Made by a program: the position numbers and the translations under genes
From: an uncultured virus (IMG/VR IMGVR_UViG_3300030330_002454)
Taxonomy: Duplodnaviria; Heunggongvirae; Uroviricota; Caudoviricetes
IMG/VR virus record: IMGVR_UViG_3300030330_002454
Length of the DNA: 64,000 nucleotides
Direction: 5' to 3' (one strand)
Part shown: piece by piece, positions 17,363 to 26,775 of the stretch
Layout of the letters: the number at the start of each line of letters is the position of its first letter
Position numbering within the stretch: the first letter of the stretch is position 1
Notes under the pieces: model-generated
Databases searched by the model: none
Seen by the model: the letters and a program-made list of their open reading frames with translations, nothing else
Told to the model about the DNA's origin: nothing

Positions 17363-17710
17363 ATGACAATACCTATTAAAGCAAATATAACACAGTCTTT
17401 AAAAGCGTACTTACAAATTCTTAATCCTGTATTAAAACTTAAAGATAAAGAGATTGAAGTGCTTTCTAGTTTTTTATCTGTATGGCAGAATAATAAAAAC
17501 AAAAAAGATATAGACAAACTGTTGTTTTCTACTCCTGTTAGAAAGATGGTAAGAAAATCTATTGGTATGTCTGAAGCATCTTTTAATAATCATATTACTA
17601 TGCTTCGTAAAAAGAAAATGATTGTGGACAAAAAGATTAATCCTAGTATTTTAGATAATATTAAGACTAATGGAATAGAAATAACCTATAAAATATCGTG
17701 GACAAACTAA
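17363..17710 (+). CDS. putative winged-HTH DNA-binding protein (RepL-like position)
   Basis: LKDKEIEVL...RKSIGMSEASFNNHITMLRKKKMI...INP pattern. Confidence 0.55.
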   Translation: MTIPIKANITQSLKAYLQILNPVLKLKDKEIEVLSSFLSVWQNNKNKKDIDKLLFSTPVRKMVRKSIGMSEASFNNHITMLRKKKMIVDKKINPSILDNIKTNGIEITYKISWTN

Positions 17711-17937
17711 TAAAAGAATTAGCTAAGAAGTACGATATAAGTGAATTTAAAATAGATTTAATTGTTAAATCTCAGTTTAAAGTTCTTAAAGATGTTATAA
17801 GTGAGGGAGATTTTAAATCTCTTAGATTAAAACATTTAGGTATGTTTACAGTTAAAAAGAATAGATTTAAATATTATAAAAATGGAAAAAAGTCCACAGG
17901 AAGAGAAAAAGAAAACAGCAACAGAAAAACTGTCTGA
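17698..17937 (+). CDS. HU/IHF-like DNA-binding protein
   Basis: LIKELAKKYDIS...SLRLKHLGMFTVK histone-like fold motif. Confidence 0.7.
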   Translation: MDKLIKELAKKYDISEFKIDLIVKSQFKVLKDVISEGDFKSLRLKHLGMFTVKKNRFKYYKNGKKSTGREKENSNRKTV

Positions 17938-18121
17938 AATCTTTAACGGTTGGAAGAATGTAGTATTTCCAAATGAACATGTAGAAAAAATTGCAAAAGC
18001 TAGAGCTAGTATATGCTCTACTTGCGAGTTTAACGTTAGAAATAGATGTACAAAATGTGGGTGTCCGCTGATTGCTAAAACAAGATCAATGCAATCACAC
18101 TGCCCACTTAAAAAATGGTAA
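17882..18121 (+). CDS. zinc-finger protein
   Basis: RASICSTC...RCTKCGC...KTR...CPLKKW. Confidence 0.75.
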   Translation: MEKSPQEEKKKTATEKLSEIFNGWKNVVFPNEHVEKIAKARASICSTCEFNVRNRCTKCGCPLIAKTRSMQSHCPLKKW

Positions 18122-18123
18122 TT

Positions 18124-18399
18124 ATGATTAACTATGAACCTTTAGGACAACATATTGTTGTTGAAATGCCAGAAGTGGCGAAAGAAACAGAGAGCGGAAT
18201 TATAAAGTCCGAGTCTATGTTAAAAGAAGAGAGAGATAAAAGAGACGGGCATGCTAAAGTAGTAGCAGTTAGTCAAGATGTCAAAACAGTAAAAGTTGGA
18301 GATATTGTTATACCAAAAGGCCAAGGATTTATGGTGCGAGTAGATGAAGTAGAATATTTCCAAATGAATATGTTCGATGTACTAGGCATTGTAAAATGA
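18124..18399 (+). CDS. groES: GroES/Cpn10-like co-chaperonin
   Basis: PLGQHIVV, KETESGII mobile loop, VVAVS, VKVGDIV and DVLGIV motifs. Confidence 0.8.
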   Translation: MINYEPLGQHIVVEMPEVAKETESGIIKSESMLKEERDKRDGHAKVVAVSQDVKTVKVGDIVIPKGQGFMVRVDEVEYFQMNMFDVLGIVK

Positions 18400-18917
18400 T
18401 ACTAGAAGGATTCGACACGGATGTTAATTTCTGGAAATTACATCCTCAATTAAAAGTACCCCTCCCGTTTGCTTCTATCTATAAAGAAGATAAAAGCAAA
18501 GCAAAAGGCAAAAGCTCACAGATAATGTGGGCTATTGCTCTTTTAGTAGATCCAGATTCTAAATTTTCTAATATTTCTTATCCTACACGAAAAAATATAA
18601 TTGCTAAAGATCATTTAAAGGATGAAAAATTTAATTGGGATAAATATAAGGAGGCTATGCATTTTTACGAAACATCTTTAATAACGCCAGCCAAAAGACA
18701 GCTTATGGTATGGAATAAAAAGATGGATGAAAAAACATTATATTTAGATACACTTACTTATGAAGATAATGCAGACACTATCGAAGGATTACTTAAAACA
18801 AATGTTAAATTGTTTGAGGATTATGAACGTCTTCTTAAACTCGTGGATAAAGAAACTAACGAAGGTTCTACAAAAGGTGGGGCAGAAGAATCCGCGTCCG
18901 AGAAAGGATTGATATGA
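18396..18917 (+). CDS. conserved protein upstream of terminase (candidate small subunit)
   Basis: Coupled to TerL by an ATGA overlap; helical, with C-terminal KGGAEES. Confidence 0.5.
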   Translation: MILEGFDTDVNFWKLHPQLKVPLPFASIYKEDKSKAKGKSSQIMWAIALLVDPDSKFSNISYPTRKNIIAKDHLKDEKFNWDKYKEAMHFYETSLITPAKRQLMVWNKKMDEKTLYLDTLTYEDNADTIEGLLKTNVKLFEDYERLLKLVDKETNEGSTKGGAEESASEKGLI

Positions 18918-21031
18918 TTATTAACAAAGATGCTTTTTTACTTACAGAGATACCTCAACTTCATCCAGCCAGCGAAGAGTATTTGTTGTTTTGGAGAGAA
19001 GAAAAAAAGCGTTGTATAGAAGGTTATTGGGTAGGCGGAGTGTGGATGCCAGGTAATCTTTACTTTTATGTAAACTTCTGGACAATACTCCTAAATAAAA
19101 CTGCACATTCTAAAACTAAAACTCCTGGCAAGCCGTTTCTTAGAGATCTTGAGTGGGAGTTTTTTTATAACTGGTGTGAGGCCAGAGGTTTTTCAGGATT
19201 TGAAGATGATAAGGAGTTTACCTGTAATCGAGAGTTTATAGGACAAGATAATTACATTCCTGCGGCAGAATACATGCGTAAAACTCATAAAAGAAATTTA
19301 GGAAGACCATTGTGGGAAAATGAAGCTAAAAACTTTATGATGATGGGGAGCCGTGGATTTGGTAAGTCATATTCTGTAGCAGGAGGTGTTGCAGGGCACG
19401 AATTTGTGTTTGATGGTATGAAAGCTTACGATCCTGAACTTATAAAGAACCCTCCATCTACAGAAATAGTTGTAGGCGCAGGTGATGCTAAATATTCGGG
19501 TGATATACTAAAAAAGACACAATTTGGGCTAGATAATTTGCCTGGTGGTATAGAAATTGGAAATAAATTTTATCCTTCACCTTTTTCTAAGCAATATGGA
19601 GGTAGTTGGTACTCTGGTAAAGAAATTATTGCAGAATACAAGAAAAAACTTGGTGGAACCTGGAAAGTTATGGGTTCTAAATCTAAAATCAAGCATCGTA
19701 CATTTAAAGACAACCCATTTGCTGCCAATGGTACTCGTCCTGCTGTAATGGTAATGGAAGAGATTGGTATGTTTAACAATCTTAAGGCATCGCACGAAGC
19801 ATCTGTAGAATGTATGAAAAATGGTGCGTACAAATTTGGAAGCTGTATGTATCTTGGAACTGGTGGTGATATGGAAGGTGGAGGTACTGTAGACGCTAGA
19901 GATATGTTTTATAACCCTGATGTCTACGATATGATTTCTTTTAATGACGAATGGGAAGATAAAGGTAAAATATCTTATTTTGTTCCTGCATATAGAGGGT
20001 TAAATCAGTTTAAAGATAATAACGGTAACACCCAAGAGCAGGCTGCAAAAGATTATCTAGATGAGTTTAGAGAAAAACTAAAAAAAGGTAAGAATGCTAG
20101 AAGTGCATTAGATGCAGAATTGCAGAACAGACCTCTTGTACCATCAGAAGTATTCCTTACACGAACGGGTAATTTATTTCCAGTGGCTGATTTATTAACT
20201 AGACTAGCAGAGTTAGAGGCTTCTAATAGAGAACGTAACCACGATTATATAGGAGAGCTCTATGTAGATACCACTACTAAAAAAGTAAGCTGGAAACCAA
20301 ATGCAAAACTAAAACCTATCTATGAGTTTCCTTTGAGAGGATCAGATGATATGGCGGGGTGCGTATTAATATATGAAATGCCTTATGAAGATTCGGATGG
20401 TGTAATACCGTTTGGTATGTATATTGCAGGTACTGACCCTTATGATCATGACGAATCTACAACCTCTTCTTTAGGGTCTACGTTTATATTAAATAAACTT
20501 ACAAATCGTATTGTAGCAGAATATACAGGTAGGCCAGATACCGCAAACCAGTATTATGAAAACGTTAGACGTTTGCTTAAATTTTACAATGCTAAGTGTT
20601 TGTACGAAAACGAGCGTAAAGGTTTGTTTCAATATCTTGAACATAAACACGAAACTTATCTGCTAGCAGATCAGCCAGAGATAATAAAAGATGTTGTGCA
20701 AAATAGTAAGGTGCAAAGACAAAAAGGTATGCACATGTCTAAGCCTTTAAAAATATACGGAGAAGAGCTTATAAAAATGTGGTTATTAGAACCAAATGGC
20801 AGTGAAGGTTTATTAAATCTACACCGCATACGAAGTATAGCGCTTTTAAAAGAGTTAATAGCTTACAATAACATTGGAAACTTTGATAGGGTTATGTCTC
20901 TTATGATGGTTATATATCATTTAGAAGAAGTTAAAAAAATTAAAGTAGAAAAAGATAGAAAAGTTAAAACAATATATGATCAATCTTTCTGGGATAAATC
21001 TTTATTCTCTAGAAAGAGAAAACCGTTTTAG
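18914..21031 (+). CDS. terL: terminase large subunit
   Basis: EEKKRCIEG, YFYVNF, SRGFGKS Walker A, MEEIG Walker B, GTGG, GTDPYD, YENE and NFDRV nuclease motifs of the crAss type. Confidence 0.95.
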   Translation: MIINKDAFLLTEIPQLHPASEEYLLFWREEKKRCIEGYWVGGVWMPGNLYFYVNFWTILLNKTAHSKTKTPGKPFLRDLEWEFFYNWCEARGFSGFEDDKEFTCNREFIGQDNYIPAAEYMRKTHKRNLGRPLWENEAKNFMMMGSRGFGKSYSVAGGVAGHEFVFDGMKAYDPELIKNPPSTEIVVGAGDAKYSGDILKKTQFGLDNLPGGIEIGNKFYPSPFSKQYGGSWYSGKEIIAEYKKKLGGTWKVMGSKSKIKHRTFKDNPFAANGTRPAVMVMEEIGMFNNLKASHEASVECMKNGAYKFGSCMYLGTGGDMEGGGTVDARDMFYNPDVYDMISFNDEWEDKGKISYFVPAYRGLNQFKDNNGNTQEQAAKDYLDEFREKLKKGKNARSALDAELQNRPLVPSEVFLTRTGNLFPVADLLTRLAELEASNRERNHDYIGELYVDTTTKKVSWKPNAKLKPIYEFPLRGSDDMAGCVLIYEMPYEDSDGVIPFGMYIAGTDPYDHDESTTSSLGSTFILNKLTNRIVAEYTGRPDTANQYYENVRRLLKFYNAKCLYENERKGLFQYLEHKHETYLLADQPEIIKDVVQNSKVQRQKGMHMSKPLKIYGEELIKMWLLEPNGSEGLLNLHRIRSIALLKELIAYNNIGNFDRVMSLMMVIYHLEEVKKIKVEKDRKVKTIYDQSFWDKSLFSRKRKPF

Positions 21032-21073
21032 CTATAAACGAAAAAACTAAAAATCTAATTTCGCAGATTATTA

Positions 21074-21104
21074 TTTGCAAGAATTGTTAAAATTTATATT
21101 TTTG
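21074..21104 (+). promoter_or_regulatory. Bacteroidota-type promoter
   Basis: TTTG (21074-21077), 19 nt spacer, TATTTTTG (21097-21104): full -33/-7 consensus. Confidence 0.75.
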
Positions 21105-21139
21105 TCCTTTAATTCGCGAATTTTAAAAAATATATTAAT

Positions 21140-21547
21140 ATGGCAACAGTAAATGTAACTCTCTCTTTGTCTAGCACAAACTTATTTGAGAAACAATCAA
21201 TAAGCTTTACAGAGACAGATGTATTAGCTCCTGCAGGAGATCAACAACTGATCGGTAGACTTAAAACTAGTGGGTCAGGAACAAAAGACAATATAGCCTT
21301 AAAGGCATTAGACGGAACAAACGATTTAGCATACTTATTTTTACACAATCTAAGCGCAACTACAGGCGAATATGTTAAAGTATCATTATGCGCAACTCAC
21401 GGTTCAGACTCAGCTAGTGGTGACTGGTTTTCAGTTTTAGGACCAGGAGAATTTTTATTTATTCCTATCTCAGACATGCAAGATGTAGATGTAGAGGCTG
21501 CTGCAGGTAACCCTGTAGTAGAATACGTACTAATGGAAAAAGCATAA
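21140..21547 (+). CDS. beta-rich putative virion/decoration protein, paralogue A
   Basis: AYLFLHN...GDWFSVLGPGEFLFIP...VEY. Confidence 0.6.
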   Translation: MATVNVTLSLSSTNLFEKQSISFTETDVLAPAGDQQLIGRLKTSGSGTKDNIALKALDGTNDLAYLFLHNLSATTGEYVKVSLCATHGSDSASGDWFSVLGPGEFLFIPISDMQDVDVEAAAGNPVVEYVLMEKA

Positions 21548-21565
21548 TTTTAAAATAATATAGAC

Positions 21566-21955
21566 ATGGCAAACGCAACTTTAAATGTAAATTTTAGCAT
21601 TTCAAGCTCAGATTTATTAAACACAGTTAACTTATCAAAAACTGTATCAGATGCTCTTACTATAGATGGTGATAATCGACAAGGTTTAACTACAATGGTA
21701 ACTAGCACTTCATACGCAGATATTAATGTTGAAGCTTTATCAGGATCTACTCAAGGTGGTAAAAAAGCATATGTATATGCTAAAAACACAGATGCAACAG
21801 ATGATTTAATCTTTGCAGACGATGGAGATCAGATATTTGCAAGATTATCTCCAGGGGAGTTTTTATTCTATCCTTCTGCAGATAACACAAAAATTCAAGT
21901 AAAATCTTCAGCAAATACTCCACGAGTAGAATTTTTATTATTAGAAGTAGACTAA
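21566..21955 (+). CDS. beta-rich putative virion/decoration protein, paralogue B
   Basis: AYVYAKNT...DDGDQIFARLSPGEFLFYP...VEF. Confidence 0.6.
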   Translation: MANATLNVNFSISSSDLLNTVNLSKTVSDALTIDGDNRQGLTTMVTSTSYADINVEALSGSTQGGKKAYVYAKNTDATDDLIFADDGDQIFARLSPGEFLFYPSADNTKIQVKSSANTPRVEFLLLEVD

Positions 21956-21959
21956 TCTT

Positions 21960-22418
21960 ATGAGTTACGCTAACTGGAATGGTAATAAAAATTTTAGAGC
22001 TACACTTACTTTAACGAGTGAGGGTGAAGATGCTGTTTTTGGCGGAGACACTCCTTTAAGAAAAAGAACTACTATTGATTGTCCTTACAATGGTAAGGTT
22101 ATGCAAACTGGTTCTATGAGATTAACAGGAGAAGGGACTAAAGATAACTTAGCTTTAGCGGCTTTAGCTGGTGAAAATGACAGAGCTTATTTATATTTGT
22201 TTAATACTAGCACATCAACTTCTAATCAATACAACTATGTTAAAGTAGGACTAAGAGCTGCTCACGACACAGACTCTGCCTCTGGAGATTGGTTTGCAAC
22301 TTTACCTCCTTTTGGTCAATTGTTTATTCCAATTTCAGATATGCAAAGTGTAGACTTAGAAGTTATTGGTACCTCAACCCCAATTATAGAGTACATGCTA
22401 CTTCAAAAAGATGCATAA
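21960..22418 (+). CDS. beta-rich putative virion protein, paralogue A'
   Basis: Shares GTKDNxAL, YVKV, HxxDSASGDWF and LFIPISDMQ with 21140-21547. Confidence 0.6.
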   Translation: MSYANWNGNKNFRATLTLTSEGEDAVFGGDTPLRKRTTIDCPYNGKVMQTGSMRLTGEGTKDNLALAALAGENDRAYLYLFNTSTSTSNQYNYVKVGLRAAHDTDSASGDWFATLPPFGQLFIPISDMQSVDLEVIGTSTPIIEYMLLQKDA

Positions 22419-22918
22419 TGGCAAAAAAAATACAATATAGAATTCAAATAGATACTGATCCAGTAAGATTTAATCCTAACTATCCGTTAAGAATGTCAGC
22501 TCCTGAAGGTAATCAAGGTGTAAGCATGTCATCTAGCACTGCAATTATAACTGGTGATAACGACCAAAGTTTAACTAGTTTAAAGTGCACTACTAGCTAC
22601 CAAGATTTAAATGCTGCAACTATTGCAGGAACTACTCTTGGCGGTAAAGCATGTTGGTGGTATATTAAAAATACAGAGCCTGCAGGACGACATGTTGCTG
22701 AAGGTCTAACTGTTACAGTAGATGGAGTAGTTGTAAGTGGTCCTCCAGCTGAGGGGACAATTACAGATATTATTATAGCTGATGATGGAGATCAAATTAT
22801 TGCTAGACTAGCTCCAGGAGAATGGATGTGGTTTTGCTCTGGTGATAATACTAAATTACAAGCAAAAACTGCTTCAGGACTGTGTAAAGTCGAGTACATG
22901 TGTTTTCACATGGCCTAA
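22418..22918 (+). CDS. beta-rich putative virion protein, paralogue B'
   Basis: Start MAKKIQ overlaps the previous TAA; shares GDNxQxLT, GGK, KNT, ADDGDQIxARLxPGE and DNTK with 21566-21955. Confidence 0.6.
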   Translation: MAKKIQYRIQIDTDPVRFNPNYPLRMSAPEGNQGVSMSSSTAIITGDNDQSLTSLKCTTSYQDLNAATIAGTTLGGKACWWYIKNTEPAGRHVAEGLTVTVDGVVVSGPPAEGTITDIIIADDGDQIIARLAPGEWMWFCSGDNTKLQAKTASGLCKVEYMCFHMA

Positions 22919-22929
22919 AATAATTATTT

Positions 22930-25308
22930 ATGCCGCATATAGATTTTCCAAGACAAAAACTAAGTCGTAGAAAGAAAACCCAGAAATGGGGAGAAGAATG
23001 CATAGAGTCTGCTCTAGGTTTAATAGGTATCTATGATCATACAAGACGTAGTTCTCGCTTTAAGAAAAAGCGGAACTATGATTTGTATAATGGCAAGTTT
23101 GATAAAAAAGATTTAGAATATGTCACCGATCCTCTAGGATTAGGAGGAACTGCAGAACTTCCAGCTACATTACAATATTATGATGTAGCTTCTCCTATTT
23201 TTAACCTTCTTTTAGGTGAAGAAACTAAACGAGCTTTTAGTTACGTAGTTAGATCAATTAACGAAGAAGCTATTGGACAAAAAGAAGAGGAGAAGAAAAA
23301 AGCAGTTGTTGGTTATTTTCAGGGATTAATGCAGCAGTCTATGGAAGCTTTTATGCAAGAACAGCAGCGTCCCAACAATCAAGAGCAGATGCAGCAGCTT
23401 ATGATGCAAGCGCAACAGAATATCCCAGAAGAGCTTAAAAGAATACAAAAATATTTTGACTACGACTTTCAGGATATGAATGAGTCAGTAGCTCATAAAC
23501 TACTTACATATTTTGAGAGACAGCAAAATTTAAAAAGTAAATTTAATAAAGGGTGGGAAGATGCTCTTATTGCAGGTGAAGAAATATATTGTATAGAAGA
23601 AGTTTCTAATGAACCTGTAGTTAGAAATGTAAATCCTTTAGAGTTTTACTGTCTTCTTCCGCATAATTCAGATTTAGTAGATCATGCAGATATTATTGTA
23701 GAAGATACATGGATGTCTGTTAACACTATCATAGATAACTATTATGAAGATTTAACTGCAGCTCAGATAGATAAATTAGAAAGAGAGCATGGAAACAGAA
23801 CTTCTATGCAAAGTAATAGTTTACTAAACTATCCATCTCCTGAAAAACTGTTTATAGAAAACAGAGAAGGAGAAGCAGGTAACGTATTTAATTACTATGA
23901 TCAAGATGGTAATATTAGAGTTACAAAAGTAGTTTGGAAATCTATGCGTAAGATTGGAAGACTATCTTACATTGATGAACTAGGAATGCCTCAAGAAACT
24001 ATTGTAACTGAGTCTTACAAAATAGATCCAGATGCAGGAGAAAAAATTGAGTATATGTGGGTAAGCGAGTATTGGGAAGGAACTAAACTCGGAGAAAATA
24101 TATACATACACATACGACCAAGACCTAATCAGTTTAGACATATGGATAACTTATCTATGTGCAGCTCTGGTTATGTCGGCACAGTATACAATTCAAATAA
24201 TTCACAATCTGTTTCTTTAATGGACAGATTAGTTCCGTGGATATATTTGTATATAACGATGTGGTACAGACTTGAGTTAGCAATTGCTGCTAACCAAGGT
24301 AAAATTGCGCTTATAGATTTATCTCTAGTTCCTGACGGATGGGAGGTAGAAAAATGGATGTACTATGCACAATCAATGAAGTTTGGTTTTGTAGATTCAT
24401 TTAATGAAGGTAAGAAAGGTCAGTCCACTGGTAAATTAGCGGGTAATATATCTACACAGAATAAAGTGTTAGATATGGAAACTGGTAATCATATACAGCA
24501 ACACGTACAGTTATTAGATTTTGTAGAACAGAAAATACATACTCTATCAGGGGTAACTCCACAAAGAATGGGAGCTATATCAAACTCTGAGCTTGTAGGT
24601 AATACACAAAGAGCTGTTGTACAATCATCTCATATTACTGAAAAATTATTTGAGATCCATAACGAAACTAAGGTTAGAGTTATGGAGTCTTTATTAAATG
24701 TATCTAAAGATTTATATAAAGGAAAAACAAAAAGATTCCAATATATGACAGATGAATTAGCTAGTGTAGTATTCTCTTTACAAGGAGATAGTATTGCTAA
24801 TTCTGAATATGGATTATTTGTTTCTAATTCATCTAGAGATACAATGGCATTAGACGCTTTAAAACAATTGACTCATGCAGCTTTACAAAACGATCAAATA
24901 TCTTTATCAGATGTTATTGGTATTTATAACTCAAACTCTTTGGCCGACACTAGAGTCAAGCTTAAAAAAGCTGAACAAGAAAACCAACAACGACAAGCAG
25001 AAATGCAACAACAGCAACTGCAAATGCAACAACAACAGCAACAACAGCAAATGCAGTTCGAGATCGAAAAAGAGAATAGAGAAGATGCTCGCAACAGTGA
25101 GGACAACAGCACGAAACTGGAGATAGCTAGAATGCAAATGCAATCTAAAAATATGGATAGAGATTTAAATAATAACCAAATTCGAGATGATATTGATTTA
25201 GCTAAATTACAGTTAGAGCGTGAAAAACTACAGGCTAGTACAAATTTAAAACAACAAGAATTAAATATAAAAAGTAAAGATGCCGACACCAAACGAGATA
25301 GTAAATAG
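22930..25308 (+). CDS. portal protein
   Basis: 792 aa; FPRQKL start, NYDLYNG, LLGEE, EYWEG, SLMDRL, SGVTPQRMG and Q-rich coiled-coil tail; sits between terminase and capsid. Confidence 0.9.
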   Translation: MPHIDFPRQKLSRRKKTQKWGEECIESALGLIGIYDHTRRSSRFKKKRNYDLYNGKFDKKDLEYVTDPLGLGGTAELPATLQYYDVASPIFNLLLGEETKRAFSYVVRSINEEAIGQKEEEKKKAVVGYFQGLMQQSMEAFMQEQQRPNNQEQMQQLMMQAQQNIPEELKRIQKYFDYDFQDMNESVAHKLLTYFERQQNLKSKFNKGWEDALIAGEEIYCIEEVSNEPVVRNVNPLEFYCLLPHNSDLVDHADIIVEDTWMSVNTIIDNYYEDLTAAQIDKLEREHGNRTSMQSNSLLNYPSPEKLFIENREGEAGNVFNYYDQDGNIRVTKVVWKSMRKIGRLSYIDELGMPQETIVTESYKIDPDAGEKIEYMWVSEYWEGTKLGENIYIHIRPRPNQFRHMDNLSMCSSGYVGTVYNSNNSQSVSLMDRLVPWIYLYITMWYRLELAIAANQGKIALIDLSLVPDGWEVEKWMYYAQSMKFGFVDSFNEGKKGQSTGKLAGNISTQNKVLDMETGNHIQQHVQLLDFVEQKIHTLSGVTPQRMGAISNSELVGNTQRAVVQSSHITEKLFEIHNETKVRVMESLLNVSKDLYKGKTKRFQYMTDELASVVFSLQGDSIANSEYGLFVSNSSRDTMALDALKQLTHAALQNDQISLSDVIGIYNSNSLADTRVKLKKAEQENQQRQAEMQQQQLQMQQQQQQQQMQFEIEKENREDARNSEDNSTKLEIARMQMQSKNMDRDLNNNQIRDDIDLAKLQLEREKLQASTNLKQQELNIKSKDADTKRDSK

Positions 25309-25456
25309 CTTTTTGCAAGATAAGGTTGCAGATGCTTTAGACTTTATGTTTAATCCTAAAACTCCTTCAGAGACTATGTATGAAAATATAAAGTCTAATC
25401 GAGTAGAGGTAGAACAAGAAATGATAAAAAAGCAAAATAATATTATGGGAGAATAA
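25280..25456 (+). CDS. small hypothetical protein (58 aa, not in ORF track)
   Basis: MPTPNEIVNSFLQDKVADALDFMFNPK...; overlaps the portal 3' end. Confidence 0.5.
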   Translation: MPTPNEIVNSFLQDKVADALDFMFNPKTPSETMYENIKSNRVEVEQEMIKKQNNIMGE

Positions 25457-25527
25457 AATATAATCTTCAAAATTATATTTTAGCTATAAAAAGTAAATAA
25501 TTTAAACAACACTGCAGTGACAAGGTG

Positions 25528-25557
25528 TTGTAAACTAACTTAAAATAATTATTTTTG
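25528..25557 (+). promoter_or_regulatory. Bacteroidota-type promoter of the capsid operon
   Basis: TTG, 19 nt spacer, TATTTTTG (25550-25557); the -33 element lies in the right arm of the ACAACAC/GTGTTGT inverted repeat. Confidence 0.7.
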
Positions 25558-25578
25558 TCACTTAATAAATAAAATTCT

Positions 25579-26730
25579 ATGGCAATAGGAGAAGATAACA
25601 TTTTAGACGGATTGGATTTAAGTGTGTTAGATAATCTAACAACTAATCCAGAAAAGAAGGAAGATCAGGTAAAAGCTGAAGGTGAAGAAACTAAAACAGA
25701 AGACGATCCTGGTATATTTAACCCAGAGTTAAAAATACAAGAAGTTGATGAGTTGCCTGATAATACAAAACAAGAACCTGTAGAGGAAGAAAAAAATGAA
25801 CCTGAAGGAGAAGTTGTTGAAGAAGATAAAGAGGAGCCTGTTTCAGAAGCAGGTACAGAAGGCGAGGTTGAGGAAGAAAACTCAGAACCTGCCCTTAAAG
25901 TCTTTGCACAAATCCAAAGAGATTCAGGTTTAATTGACTTTAATGATGATGACTTTGAGGATTCTGAAGAATGGTTAATATCTAAAGTCCAAGAGACTAT
26001 AAATACTAAAGTAGAAGAATACAAAGAGTCAATGCCAGAAGAGATTAAATATCTTTTGGAGAATCATGAAGCGGGAGTAAATATATATGATTTACTACAA
26101 TCAGATTCTAAACAGCAAACTTACGACTCTATAGATAAAGATAAACTAGGAGATAGTGAGTCTATGCAAAGAAAACTTGTCAAAGATTTATTAGCAATAA
26201 ATGGATTCTCTCAAGCACAAATAGATAAAAAAGTTGCAAGATATGAAGATGCGGGGGTGTTGTTAGAAGAAGCTGAAGAAGCTTTAAGTACATTACAAGA
26301 TGTACAAAAACAACATAAAGAGCAGATGATACAGCAGCAAAAACAAGAAAAAGAGCAGAGAATAGAAGCTCATAAAAATTGGTTATCTGATTTAAAAACT
26401 CACATAACTAAAAAAGAAGAAATATTACCAGGGTTCAAATTAAATCCAAAAGATAAAGATTTATTGTACAATGGTATAACTAAGTTAGACCGTAATGGAA
26501 AAAATGAAATCATGAGAATGAGAGAAAAAGATCCTGAGTTTGACTTAAAAATAGCATATTTAGCTACAGTCCTTAAGTGGGATTTTTCAGCATTTGAACG
26601 TCAGTCAACAACTAAATCAACACGCAAATTGGCAGACGCGATTAAGAGTACGAAAAAAACTGGTTCCAGACCGAGTAGAGGTACTTCAAATACTGTTAAT
26701 TTTGACACTATGAGAAAATCTCTACGATAG
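25579..26730 (+). CDS. acidic scaffold-like protein preceding the major capsid protein
   Basis: Very acidic N-half and helical C-half; conserved crAss position between portal and MCP. Confidence 0.7.
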   Translation: MAIGEDNILDGLDLSVLDNLTTNPEKKEDQVKAEGEETKTEDDPGIFNPELKIQEVDELPDNTKQEPVEEEKNEPEGEVVEEDKEEPVSEAGTEGEVEEENSEPALKVFAQIQRDSGLIDFNDDDFEDSEEWLISKVQETINTKVEEYKESMPEEIKYLLENHEAGVNIYDLLQSDSKQQTYDSIDKDKLGDSESMQRKLVKDLLAINGFSQAQIDKKVARYEDAGVLLEEAEEALSTLQDVQKQHKEQMIQQQKQEKEQRIEAHKNWLSDLKTHITKKEEILPGFKLNPKDKDLLYNGITKLDRNGKNEIMRMREKDPEFDLKIAYLATVLKWDFSAFERQSTTKSTRKLADAIKSTKKTGSRPSRGTSNTVNFDTMRKSLR

Positions 26731-26775
26731 GAGCTATTTATATAAACAACAAGTAATAATTAAATTTAAATTAAA

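Noticed and set aside
11151..21031. Introns or inteins in polA or terminase
   Set aside because: Both ORFs are continuous and of normal size, with no intein or homing endonuclease motifs seen.
22289..22417. N-terminal extensions in the ORF track (22289, also 60158 and 16565)
   Set aside because: They overlap upstream genes; ATGs at 22418, 60224 and 16601 fit coupling and paralogue boundaries better.
24975..25060. CAA/CAG trinucleotide run and antisense poly-Cys/poly-Leu ORFs
   Set aside because: It encodes the Gln-rich coiled-coil tail of the portal; the antisense ORFs are shadows.
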